Numbered from the stretch's first letter, positions 28,407 to 37,650 are shown. The stretch: DNA of 64,000 nt from Gemmatimonadota bacterium (GCA_034521595.1 JAXHMG010000003.1:1376001-1440000), one strand, 5' to 3'. A program made the numbers and translations. Notes: a model not told the origin generated them from the letters alone.

Positions 28407-30603
28407 GCGCCGATCCGCCGTGCGCGCCGCGGTCCACGCCGCCGTCGCGACCGTATGCGGCCTCGTCGCACTCCCGGCGGCTCCGGGGAGCGTCGCCGCC
28501 CAGGCCCCGTTGTTTCTCGTCGGGCCGGAAACCGAGGTCGCGGCCGTCGACTTCCGTTTCGACGACACCCGCTCGGTCGAGCGCGCCGCGCTCCGGCGAG
28601 AGCTCGCGCTCAGGGGGCCCGGTCCGCTGTACGGAACCCGGTCTCTCCTGGGAAAGCTTCCCTTGATTCCCTCGCCGTCGAAGCTCCTTTTCGATCCGCC
28701 GTCGCTTCTCCGCGACCTCGTTCGACTCGAACGATTCTATCGGGACCAGGGCTTTCCCGACGTCTCGGTGACGTACGACGCCGTACTCGATACGACGACG
28801 AACGCGGTCGACGTCACCTACGTGATTCGGGAGGGCCGCCCCGTCGTCCTCGACACCGTGATCGTCAGCCGACCGGCGGGAGCGGGTCTGACCGAAGCGT
28901 TGCCCGCAGAGCTGCGCCAAGCCTGGGGAACGTTCGAAACGGAGTTGGCGGCCGAACGGGGACAGCGGCTGAGCTCCGGGCTCCGTGCGCGGCTGCGCGA
29001 CCGGGTGGTCAACTGGCTTCGGGATCGCGGCTACCCGTACCCCACGGCTTCGCTCGAAACGGAGCCCACCGACCGCGTGAAGAGCGGGGACGGAATGCGG
29101 CTCACCCTCACGGTCGATCCCGGAACCCGGATGCGGGTGGGAAGCGTGACCGTCAGCGGGAACCGGAGGCTCGAGCCACACGTGCTTCGGCGAGAGGTCC
29201 CCTTGGCCGAGGGAGATTGGTTCTCCCGTGCGCGCCTCGCGGAAGGCCAGAGCGAGCTCTTCGGCTTGGACATGGTGCGCGTCGCCGTTACCGGAACCGA
29301 GCCCGACAGCACACGCCCCGACCACGTCGACGTGCGGCTCCGGGTCACGGAAGGCGCACTCCACCTCCTCTCCGGCCGAACCGGTTGGAGCATGGGGTCC
29401 GGCGTCTCCGCGGACGTGTCCTGGAGCCACCGGAACTTCACCGGCGGCGCTCGCACGCTGGAGATCTCCACCCTTGCGCGAACCGGGTTGCTGGCCCCCG
29501 AAGCAACCGCCGCGCGACGCTACGGGTTTTCGGTATCTCTCCGTCAGCCCTGGCTCTTCCACCACCGGGTGGAGGGCGTCGCACGACCCTTCGTGGAGTA
29601 CCGGGACGATCTCCGCGACGAGTCGGTGCAGTTCGGGATGGAGACATCGGCCCTGTATCGTATGGGCTCGCGCCGACACGTCACCCTCCGCTACTCACTC
29701 ACGTCACGCAAGGTCATCCGCGCCGGTGCCGGCGTCGTCCTGGGTCAGGACACCGACCTGGTGAGCCTGCTAACCGCGCTGGACACCCTCGATCTGGACC
29801 GTCGTACGAGCAGCTTCAGCGCGACCGGCCGATGGGCCCGGGCGTCCGGGCCCGGCGCAGAGGCATCGGCTCGGCCCGACTGGAGCGTGTTCACGAGCAC
29901 CGAGCTCGCGGGGCCGGGCGGCCTCTCCACCGTCGAGTACGGCAAGCTCGTCGCCGAAGCCACGGCACTCCTGCCCGTCGGAGCAGGCCTCTCGCTGCGG
30001 GGCCGGGTCGGGGGCGGCACGGTACGGCCCTTCGGTGGCTCCGTGCCGGCGCCCGATGGCTCCAACCGGCTGGAGACCTACTTCAAGCTACGGGACGCGG
30101 TGCTCACGGCGGGGGGATCACAAGATGTGCGCGGATGGGGCACCGATCTCTTGGGTCCGAAGGCGCCGGACATGCTGATGAGCGACGAAGGCACGGTCTC
30201 GTCGGCGCGCTACGTTCCGCTCGGGGGTCTCGCGCGGTGGACCGGGTCGCTCCAGGTGGAAATTCCGCTCCCGTTCTTCGGGCGGCCGCACGGACTTCAC
30301 ACCTTCCTCGACGCCGGACGGGTCTGGACCCCGGACGAGCGCTTCCTTCCCACGGATCAGCCGCTCATTCCGGACCAGCTCGGAGATGAGGTGCGGTTGG
30401 GCACCGGCCTCGGCATCTCTCTCGGGACGCCCGTGGGCCTCGTGCAGCTCGATGTCGGCTACAAGCTGAACCCGTCCCTCCTCGACCTACGAGATCCCGC
30501 TGCGGTCGGACAAGCGTTGGTCGACGAGCTTCCCGTCGCCGACGTGCCCGCGCGTGAAATCCGCCGGTGGCACCTCCACCTCTCGATCGGGGGCATCTCG
30601 TGA
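28399..30603 (+). CDS. BamA/TamA family Omp85 protein with POTRA domains
   Basis: POTRA motifs RFYRDQGF, GYPY, SGN; barrel WSHRNF, GGSQDVRGW, FLDAG, TPVG.VQLDVG; overlaps the tamB stop. Confidence 0.85.
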   Translation: MTERRSAVRAAVHAAVATVCGLVALPAAPGSVAAQAPLFLVGPETEVAAVDFRFDDTRSVERAALRRELALRGPGPLYGTRSLLGKLPLIPSPSKLLFDPPSLLRDLVRLERFYRDQGFPDVSVTYDAVLDTTTNAVDVTYVIREGRPVVLDTVIVSRPAGAGLTEALPAELRQAWGTFETELAAERGQRLSSGLRARLRDRVVNWLRDRGYPYPTASLETEPTDRVKSGDGMRLTLTVDPGTRMRVGSVTVSGNRRLEPHVLRREVPLAEGDWFSRARLAEGQSELFGLDMVRVAVTGTEPDSTRPDHVDVRLRVTEGALHLLSGRTGWSMGSGVSADVSWSHRNFTGGARTLEISTLARTGLLAPEATAARRYGFSVSLRQPWLFHHRVEGVARPFVEYRDDLRDESVQFGMETSALYRMGSRRHVTLRYSLTSRKVIRAGAGVVLGQDTDLVSLLTALDTLDLDRRTSSFSATGRWARASGPGAEASARPDWSVFTSTELAGPGGLSTVEYGKLVAEATALLPVGAGLSLRGRVGGGTVRPFGGSVPAPDGSNRLETYFKLRDAVLTAGGSQDVRGWGTDLLGPKAPDMLMSDEGTVSSARYVPLGGLARWTGSLQVEIPLPFFGRPHGLHTFLDAGRVWTPDERFLPTDQPLIPDQLGDEVRLGTGLGISLGTPVGLVQLDVGYKLNPSLLDLRDPAAVGQALVDELPVADVPAREIRRWHLHLSIGGIS

Positions 30604-30640
30604 GGTCGGCTCGATCCTTGCGATGATATGAAGCGCGCCC

Positions 30641-30748
30641 GATGAGGTCACCGCCCCGCTTCAGGGCTCCGGCGAGCGCGTCCTGTACGTGGACGACGAA
30701 CCCGGCCTGGACACCGTGGGCAAGCGGCGGCTCGAGCTGTCAAGGTAG
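30641..30748 (+). pseudogene. Remnant of a response-regulator receiver domain (hybrid kinase type)
   Basis: Frame reads ..LQGSGERVLYVDDEPGLDTVGKRRLELSR*; no start codon (in-frame TGA at 30629); truncated after helix 1. Confidence 0.6.
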
Positions 30749-30855
30749 GACGGTCCCGTGCGTCCCATCCGAAAAGGGTGGGAGGAACTCATCCGCCGTC
30801 CGGTCGGTTGGCTCGTAGGAACCCTCCCCGTCTGTCCCAGCCCTGCGTCGAATCG

Positions 30856-31512
30856 ATGAACCTAGTCCAGCACCGAAGGCACATCGAAAGGCACGGTATA
30901 CGCCCATGGGCGTTCGAGCTGTGGTGTACTTCCATGGACCGGCTCATCGGGTTCAAGGTCCTGCGATGCATGACGTTGGTCATGGAGGATATCGATCCCG
31001 AGTACCTTCAAGATCACCCGAGATATGAAAGCCACCGCGCGACGGCAGCGGAGTTCGCCACACGTCCAGGGGCTACGGATCTCGTCGACGAGGCGTTCCT
31101 GGACGACGCGGTTCGGCGAGGCGACTGGTGCCACTACATGACGGACGAAGACACTGTCGTGACATACGGATGGTACTCTTCAGCCGCAGTACCGGTAGGG
31201 CCGGACGCGACCATCGAGCACTCCGGGGCTTACGCGTACATGTACAATGGCTTCACACCCCCGGAATTCCGTGGGCAGCACCTCCACGGATACTGTATGG
31301 GCCAGGGCTTGAAGGAGGCTATCCAGCGTGGCTACTCCGGCCTGATCAGTTACGTCGAGGCTCAGAACGCGCCGTCCATCAAGTCCGTTCGCCGGCTCGG
31401 CTACAGGCCCTTCGGAACAGCGGTGCGGCTGAACCCCTTCGGTCGCGCCTTCACGCTGAACTCACGCGGGTGTAGGAACTACGATTTCCGCCTGACGATC
31501 GTACAGAGCTGA
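30856..31512 (+). CDS. GNAT family N-acetyltransferase
   Basis: YMYNGFTPPEFRGQHL (acetyl-CoA motif A) and N.PSIKSVRRLGY; visibly lower GC than the flanks. Confidence 0.75.
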   Translation: MNLVQHRRHIERHGIRPWAFELWCTSMDRLIGFKVLRCMTLVMEDIDPEYLQDHPRYESHRATAAEFATRPGATDLVDEAFLDDAVRRGDWCHYMTDEDTVVTYGWYSSAAVPVGPDATIEHSGAYAYMYNGFTPPEFRGQHLHGYCMGQGLKEAIQRGYSGLISYVEAQNAPSIKSVRRLGYRPFGTAVRLNPFGRAFTLNSRGCRNYDFRLTIVQS

Positions 31513-31611
31513 CGGCGACATCCGCGGTTCGGGAGGACGGAGCACTGCCAACAGCTCGGAGATCATCCTCGAGCCCGCCATGTTCGAAGGGCGAGGAGAT
31601 CCTCCCCGACG

Positions 31612-32478
31612 TCAGCGCCCCGACCCGCCGTCCACCGTCCGCCGCCACTCGTCGTACTGACGGCGCAGCTCCAGTAGTGGATTCTCCGCGAGACGCTCCG
31701 TCTGCACCGAAAGCGCGAGCCAGGGTGCGTCGGCGGTGCCCGCGTCCGTCATTCCGATGTTTTCGGCCGCGTAGGGCTCGTCTCCTCCACGGGCGACGAG
31801 GATCGCCGCCATCGAGGTGGTCTGCCGCACGTTCCCCTGGTTGCAGCGCACGTCCCCACCCGCGTCGGAGCCCGCTTCGAGGGCGCGCATGAGCCGATCC
31901 GGGAGGGTGTTGAAGCCCGCCGGGTCCTCCCATCGGTAGGCATCCAGCGGCGCCTGAACGACCTCGGCGCTCGCGAGCGTGTTCCCCTGAGCGCTCACGC
32001 CCCGGCTCTCGTCCGCCATCACCCCCGCGAACCGGGGAGTTCCATCGTCCCCGAGCGTGATCCCCTGCCGCGTCGGCGTCGTGTAACCCGCGACACGCAC
32101 GAAGCCATCGTGCATGGTAACGACTCCGTACTGCCGGCGATCGAGCTCGTCGTCCCACTCGGGATCCGTCACTCGGCGAATCACCTCTTCGGCCGTCAGC
32201 CCCTCCTGAATCGCCTCGAACACCCGGTTCCTGTTGTCGATGTCGAAGCCGGCCTGGGTCGCGGCCGCCCCCATTCCCGGGACGAGCGCCGCTACACCGT
32301 CGCCGAAGGTTTCCACGCACGACGCCACGGCGACTCCGACATCGCCCGACTCCGGATCGACCCCGACGACCGACCATGTGGTCATGTCGAGCTCGGTGGG
32401 ATATTCGGGCTCGGGCGTCGCGCACCCGGTCATGGCCACCATGGGTAGCGCAAGAAGGATCGATCGGGTCAGGCGCAT
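31612..32478 (-). CDS. DUF1028 family (Ntn-hydrolase-like) lipoprotein
   Basis: Lipobox MTGC; TWSVVGVDP..GVAVAS, AATQA, RQYGVV, QGNTL, ALEAG..AGGD.R. Confidence 0.82.
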   Translation of the reverse strand: MRLTRSILLALPMVAMTGCATPEPEYPTELDMTTWSVVGVDPESGDVGVAVASCVETFGDGVAALVPGMGAAATQAGFDIDNRNRVFEAIQEGLTAEEVIRRVTDPEWDDELDRRQYGVVTMHDGFVRVAGYTTPTRQGITLGDDGTPRFAGVMADESRGVSAQGNTLASAEVVQAPLDAYRWEDPAGFNTLPDRLMRALEAGSDAGGDVRCNQGNVRQTTSMAAILVARGGDEPYAAENIGMTDAGTADAPWLALSVQTERLAENPLLELRRQYDEWRRTVDGGSGR

Positions 32479-32699
32479 CTTCGCTCACTCCGTTGAATCG
32501 GGTGCGTGCGCGCCGACGAGGACCGGCGCGGGCGCAAAGTACCGGTGCCATCCCCGCGCCGCCACCTTCCAGGCGAGCGGCGCCTTCAGCCCTGCCAGCG
32601 TCCCGATCAGCGAGCTCGACGACGCCGCAGCCGAGAGGCCCTCGGCTGGATTTCGCGCCGGAGGTGGGCCACCATGAAGCAGAAAGGAGGTCAAACGAG

Positions 32700-32915
32700 A
32701 TGAGTGAGCACTTCATCGCCCTGGCCGGGCTCGGAATCTTCTTCCTTGCATTCGGTGTCTACAACTGGTTTCACCCGTTTATCGCGGCGACGGGCTTGAA
32801 GCTACGTGTCGATCCTCAGCGTCTCGACGTCGTGCGTCGGACCATGGGGCGAATGGTCGCGGTCGCCATGTCCGTGATCGGTCTGGGCCTGCTCGTGATC
32901 GCCTTCGGGGGTTAG
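32700..32915 (+). CDS. Small two-TM membrane protein (71 aa)
   Basis: Strong AGGAGG 9 nt before ATG 32700; two hydrophobic segments. Confidence 0.65.
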   Translation: MSEHFIALAGLGIFFLAFGVYNWFHPFIAATGLKLRVDPQRLDVVRRTMGRMVAVAMSVIGLGLLVIAFGG

Positions 32916-32975
32916 CCCCGCTCCCCCCTCGATCTTCATCGGGAGCGCAACGACGTAACCACCGTCTTCGGGCAG
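32916..32975 (-). pseudogene. Remnant of a cyclase / kynurenine formamidase family C-terminus
   Basis: Reads LPEDGGYVVALPMKIEGGAG, matching the LP..G..(V/I)ALP(M/L)KI.GG.G C-terminal motif; no start and no rest of gene. Confidence 0.6.
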
Positions 32976-32982
32976 GGGCCCC

Positions 32983-33216
32983 TCAGGCGTTGTCCACGAT
33001 GGTGCCGACGCCCTCCGCCTTCGCGCAGTGCGCACAGCAGAAGAACCGCCCGTCCGATTCTACCCCATGGCCCACGATCTTGCATCCACAGTGCTCGCAC
33101 ACGGGCGCGAGCTTGTGGATGGCGCACTCGAAGCTGTCGAAAACGTGGGTTTGACCGGCCGTCCGGACTTCGAACGCTCCGTAATAGTCGTTTCCGCACA
33201 CTTCACACACTGGCAT
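32983..33216 (-). CDS. Small Cys/His-rich metal-binding protein (metallothionein-like, 77 aa)
   Basis: CEVC..FDSFECAIH.LAP.CEHCGC...GHG..CCAHC; 9 Cys, 5 His; AGGAGG upstream of ATG 33216. Confidence 0.8.
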   Translation of the reverse strand: MPVCEVCGNDYYGAFEVRTAGQTHVFDSFECAIHKLAPVCEHCGCKIVGHGVESDGRFFCCAHCAKAEGVGTIVDNA

Positions 33217-33562
33217 GGGATCCTCCTGTCGCCGTTGCCCGGATCCGGCGGACCAGAGCAGGAACGCTGCACGCGGACCTTCACCAATGTGGCGCGACGG
33301 CGACGAGGGCAAGCCCTCGATCGTGGGTGCACGTTCCCGCGACTTGCAGCTCGGTGGGGTCGACGTGGAGCGGAAGCCCGACACGGGCGGAGGCGCTCCC
33401 TCACCCTGGGAGGGCGCCTGCTCCCGTCGTGGTTGCCCGGGTCACGAGGCCCGCCCTACCTTCGTCCCCGGAACACGAGAGCGCTCGCGGCCGGACAACG
33501 TTCGGATTTCAGATTCTCTTACCCGCTGTGCGCATTGCACCCGCGCGGAAGGTGAAGACGCC

Positions 33563-35698
33563 ATCGCCGACCCGGAAACACTGCGTCCTCTCTTCTTCCC
33601 GCGGTCAGTGGCCGTGATGGGCGCGTCCAGGGATCCCGAGGCCGTGGGCCACCGTGTCGTCACGGCACTCCTCCGCGCGGGATTCCAGGGGCCCATCTAT
33701 CCCGTGAACCCCAGTGCGGACGCCATCGGCGGCGTCCCGGCGCATCCCTCCCTCTCATCCGTCGGCCGTCCGGTGGACCTTGCCGTCGTCACGGTTCCCG
33801 CGACTCGGGTGTCCGACGTCGTGGAGGACTGTGCCGAGGCCGGGGTCCGAGCTCTCGTGGTCGTCACCGCCGGATACGCCGAGGTGGGAGCCGAGGGGAA
33901 GGAACGCCAGGCATCCCTCGTGGCCCAGGCCAGGTCGCACGGGATGCGCCTCGTCGGTCCCAACTGCCTGGGCGTCATGCGAACGGATGCGGAGGTGCGC
34001 CTGAACGCCTCCTTTGCCCCCGACTTACCCCCGCCGGGACGAGTGGCGTTCTGCTCTCAGAGCGGCGCGCTCGGCGTGGCCGTCATCGCCCTGGCCCGGG
34101 AGATCGGTCTGGGCATGTCCACGTTCGTGAGCATCGGAAACCGCGCGGACGTCTCCGGAAACGACCTGCTGGAGTACTGGGAGACGGACGACGGCACGGA
34201 CGTCATCCTCTACTACCTGGAGTCCTTCGGCGATCCACGACGCTTCGCCCGCCTCGCCCGGCGGCTCGGGCGACGGAAGCCCATCGTCGTGGTCAAGTCC
34301 GGACGATCGGAAGCGGGCAGGCGCGCCGCTTCGTCTCACACCGCGGCCCTCACGTCCCCGGACACGGCCGTCGAGGCCCTGGTGCGCCAGGCGGGCATTA
34401 TCCGCGCCGACACCCTGCAGGAGATGTTCCACGTCGCGAGGACGCTGGTCCACCAACCGCTTCCTCGGGGGCGGCGCGTCGCGGTGCTCACGAACGCGGG
34501 AGGTCCGGCCATCCTTTGCGTCGACGCGCTTCAAGCCGCCGGCCTGGAGGTCCCCGAGCTGAGCGACGAGGTGAAGGAGGCGCTGCGTCGCTTCCTGCCC
34601 CCCGAGGCCAGCGTCCGGAATCCCGTCGATATGATCGCGGCGGCCGGGCCGGAGGAGTATCGCAGGGCCATATCGGTGCTTTTGGCGGACAACGGGATCG
34701 ACGCTCTCGTCATCCTCCACACGCCGGTGGGTGTCCACTCGGCCGAGGCGATGGCCGGAGCCGTCTGCGAAGGGCTGGATGAGGGCCGTCGCCGGGGCGG
34801 AGACGGCAAACCGGTGCTGGCGTCCATCGTGGGAACCGGTCCGAGGTCGCACGCGCTGACGTCGTCGGAGGGCGAAGTGGTCCCCGCATTCCTCTTTCCC
34901 GAGGAGATCGGGGCGACGTTGGGGAAGGTCACGCGCTACGCGGAGTGGCGAGCCACGCCCGACGGCCAGTATGTAGCTTTCGGGGATCAGGCGCTGGAGG
35001 ACGCACGGGACATCTGCCGGCAGGCGATGGAAGAGCGCGGGTCGGGGTGGCTCGGAGCCGGGGAGGCCCGGGCCGTGTTGGAAGCCGCCGGCGTCACCAC
35101 GACACCCGGTGGGGTCGCCGGCACCGCGGGCGAGGCCGTCGCCCTCGCCGACGCGGTAGGGTACCCCGTGGCTCTCAAGCTGGCATCCACCCGCCTGGTC
35201 CATAAGACGGAAGTGGGTGGTGTGCGGTTGAGGCTGGAGGATGCCGAAGCCGTACGCAGCGCGTTCCAGGAGATGCAGGAGAGGTTGAAGGCGGAGGGAC
35301 AGGGGACACACATGGAGGGCGCCCTCGTTCAGCCCATGCTGGCGGGCACCGCCGAGATCATGATCGGCGCGCGGGCCGACCGCCTCTTCGGACATATCCT
35401 GGCGTTTGGACTGGGAGGGATCCACGTGGAGATTCTGCGGGACGTATCGTTCCGGGTCGCCCCCCTCACCGACCTCGATACCGCCGAAATGGTGCGGGAC
35501 ATCCGTGGCTTCCGCCTGCTCGAAGGCTACCGTGGCCACCCGTCCGCGGACGTGCCGGCTCTCGAGGACGCTCTTCAGCGGATATCGCGGCTGGTGGAGG
35601 CGGTTCCGGAGATCGAGGAGATGGACCTGAATCCGGTGTTCGCACTCGAGCCGGGACGGGGTTATCGGGTGGCGGACGTCCGAATCCGGGTCGCATGA
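33563..35698 (+). CDS. ADP-forming acetate/acyl-CoA ligase family protein (CoA-binding, ligase and ATP-grasp domains)
   Basis: PRSVAVMGAS, GPNCLG, SQSGAL, AASSHT (phospho-His), HKTEVGGV, EMDLNP; start non-canonical or truncated (see findings). Confidence 0.85.
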   Translation: MADPETLRPLFFPRSVAVMGASRDPEAVGHRVVTALLRAGFQGPIYPVNPSADAIGGVPAHPSLSSVGRPVDLAVVTVPATRVSDVVEDCAEAGVRALVVVTAGYAEVGAEGKERQASLVAQARSHGMRLVGPNCLGVMRTDAEVRLNASFAPDLPPPGRVAFCSQSGALGVAVIALAREIGLGMSTFVSIGNRADVSGNDLLEYWETDDGTDVILYYLESFGDPRRFARLARRLGRRKPIVVVKSGRSEAGRRAASSHTAALTSPDTAVEALVRQAGIIRADTLQEMFHVARTLVHQPLPRGRRVAVLTNAGGPAILCVDALQAAGLEVPELSDEVKEALRRFLPPEASVRNPVDMIAAAGPEEYRRAISVLLADNGIDALVILHTPVGVHSAEAMAGAVCEGLDEGRRRGGDGKPVLASIVGTGPRSHALTSSEGEVVPAFLFPEEIGATLGKVTRYAEWRATPDGQYVAFGDQALEDARDICRQAMEERGSGWLGAGEARAVLEAAGVTTTPGGVAGTAGEAVALADAVGYPVALKLASTRLVHKTEVGGVRLRLEDAEAVRSAFQEMQERLKAEGQGTHMEGALVQPMLAGTAEIMIGARADRLFGHILAFGLGGIHVEILRDVSFRVAPLTDLDTAEMVRDIRGFRLLEGYRGHPSADVPALEDALQRISRLVEAVPEIEEMDLNPVFALEPGRGYRVADVRIRVA

Positions 35699-36870
35699 GC
35701 GAAGTCTCCGTCATGACCCTCACCATAGGAGCTGTGCTCCTTCTGGGACTCGTGGCGGATGCTCTGGCGAGCCGGACCCCCCTACCCCGCGTGACCGTCC
35801 TCATGCTGCTGGGCGTCCTCGCCGGCCCCACCGGCTTCGACCTCCTCCCGCCAGGTCAGGAGACCTGGTTCACGGTGACGGCGGACATTGCCCTCGTGAT
35901 GATCGGCTTCCTCCTGGGCAGCGAGTTCACGAGGAAGCATGTGCAGGAGCTGGAAGCGGTGGTCTTCCGCATCGCCATCATGCAGTCGGTAATCACGGCA
36001 GCGATGGTGGGAGGAGGTCTCCTCGTCGTCGGCGTCCCGCCCGAGATCGCGCTTCCCCTGGGGGGGATCGCCACCGCCACCGCTCCCGCCGCCACCCTGG
36101 CGGTGGTGAAAGAGTCGGGAGCTCGCGGCCGTTTTGTGGATGTCCTCAAGGGGGTCGTTGCCGTGGACGACATCATGGGCATCGTTCTCTTCACCGTGCT
36201 GGTCGCCGGTTCGGGAATCTTGACGGGGGACGGTACCCATGCCGATGCCCTCGTCGAGGGCATACGCGAGATCGCGGGCTCCATCCTCCTGGGTCTCGCC
36301 ATCGGTCTCCCCGCTTCCCGTCTCACGGGCCGGATACGGCCGGGCGAGGCGACGCTGGAGGAGGCGCTCGGGCTGGTTCTTCTATGCGCAGGCCTCGCCG
36401 GTTGGCTCGATGTGCCGCCCATCCTCACGGCCATCGTCATGGGCGCGAGCCTGGCCAACCTCGCCCACCACCACGAGCGAGCCTTCCACGAGATCGAGAG
36501 GATCGAGTGGCCGTTTCTCGTGGTCTTCTTCGTATTGGCGGGGGCCTCACTGGAGGTCCGAGTCCTGGAGTCCGTGGGTTGGCTGGCCGCGGGCTATGTG
36601 ATCCTCCGCATCGCCGGGAAGCTTCTGGGGGCCGCGCTGGGCGCACGCTGGGCATCGATCGACGGTGTCATCGCTCGGTGGCTCGGCCTGGCTCTGCTGC
36701 CCCAGGCCGGAGTGGCACTGGGGCTCGCGCTGGCCGCGAGCCTACGGTTCCCGGAAGCCGGGACGACGGTCTTGAACGTCGTCGTGGCCGCGACCGTGCT
36801 GTTCGAGCTCGCGGGTCCCCTCCTTACCCGACTCGCCCTACAGCGGACGGGCACCATAAAACAGCCGTGA
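35695..36870 (+). CDS. Cation:proton antiporter (CPA superfamily)
   Basis: Many TM helices; ATAPAAT, AVDD, FFVLAG, LLPQAGVALG. Confidence 0.85.
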   Translation: MSEVSVMTLTIGAVLLLGLVADALASRTPLPRVTVLMLLGVLAGPTGFDLLPPGQETWFTVTADIALVMIGFLLGSEFTRKHVQELEAVVFRIAIMQSVITAAMVGGGLLVVGVPPEIALPLGGIATATAPAATLAVVKESGARGRFVDVLKGVVAVDDIMGIVLFTVLVAGSGILTGDGTHADALVEGIREIAGSILLGLAIGLPASRLTGRIRPGEATLEEALGLVLLCAGLAGWLDVPPILTAIVMGASLANLAHHHERAFHEIERIEWPFLVVFFVLAGASLEVRVLESVGWLAAGYVILRIAGKLLGAALGARWASIDGVIARWLGLALLPQAGVALGLALAASLRFPEAGTTVLNVVVAATVLFELAGPLLTRLALQRTGTIKQP

Positions 36871-36897
36871 CGGGCCCTTGCGGCCGTTTCCGAAGAC

Positions 36898-37650
36898 GGC
36901 CCGCTGGCGCGGGTCACCCGCTCGGGCCGCTCGGCTCAAACCCACTTTGCGCTCTCCTCCGGAGATCGCCGTGGGTTCGACGCCACGATGACTCGACCCG
37001 GCAGCTCGTAGGATCCTGCCGGTACTTTCAACGGAGGGGGTGGGATGGAGCTCCGGGCGCGCCTGCGGCGCGTCCTCGCTCGGCTCGCGGACCCCCTTGG
37101 CCGGCCCGCTCCGCGGGACACCCGCTCGGGCCGCTCGGCTCGAACCCACTTCGCGCTCTCCTGCGGAGATCGCCGTGGGTTCGACGCCACGATGACTCGA
37201 CCCGGCAGCTCGTAGGACCCTGTCGGTACTTCCAACGGAGGGGGTGGGATGAGCTCCGGGCGCGCCTGCGGCGCGTCCTCGCTCGGCTCGCGGACCCCCT
37301 CGCCGGGCCCGCTGCGCGGGACACCCCGCTGGGCCGCTCGGCTCGAACCCACTCGGCGCTCGCCTGCCGGAGATCGCCGTGCGGTTCGACGCCACGATGC
37401 ACCGACCCGGCGAGCTCGTAGACTCCTGTCGGTTACTTCCAAGCGGAGGGGTGGGATCGGAGCTCCGGGCGCGCCTGCGGCGCGTCCTCGCTCGGCTCGC
37501 GGACCCCCTTGGCGGGCCCGCTCCGCGGGACAGCCCGCTCGGGCCGCTCGGCTCGAACCCACTTCGCGCTCTCCTCTGGAGATCGCCGTGGGTTCGACAG
37601 TCAGGCGAGGAAGCAAATAAGCCTCTACCGACCAAAAAGGTCGGTCGAAA
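36898..37650 (-). repeat. tRNA-Ser-linked tandem array, about 3.4 copies of a 204-208 bp unit
   Basis: Copies of the tRNA 3' end (CGGAGGGGGTGGGAT on +) at 37032, 37236 and 37444 versus the real gene end at 37651; CCCGCTCGGGCCGCTCGGCTCGAACCCAC recurs near 36917, 37121, 37325 and 37534. Confidence 0.92.

Noticed and set aside
37020-37460. Additional functional tRNA genes or intron-containing tRNAs within the array
   Set aside because: The units contain only T-arm and 3' acceptor sequence; no D arm, anticodon arm or 5' acceptor strand is present, so removing the insert would not yield a tRNA.
37627-37645. Intrinsic terminator for tRNA-Ser
   Set aside because: A 7-bp hairpin is present but no U-tract follows directly, so it was not called.
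36898-37650. CRISPR array
   Set aside because: Units are about 205 bp and nearly identical along their length, with no short-repeat/unique-spacer pattern and no cas genes in the window.
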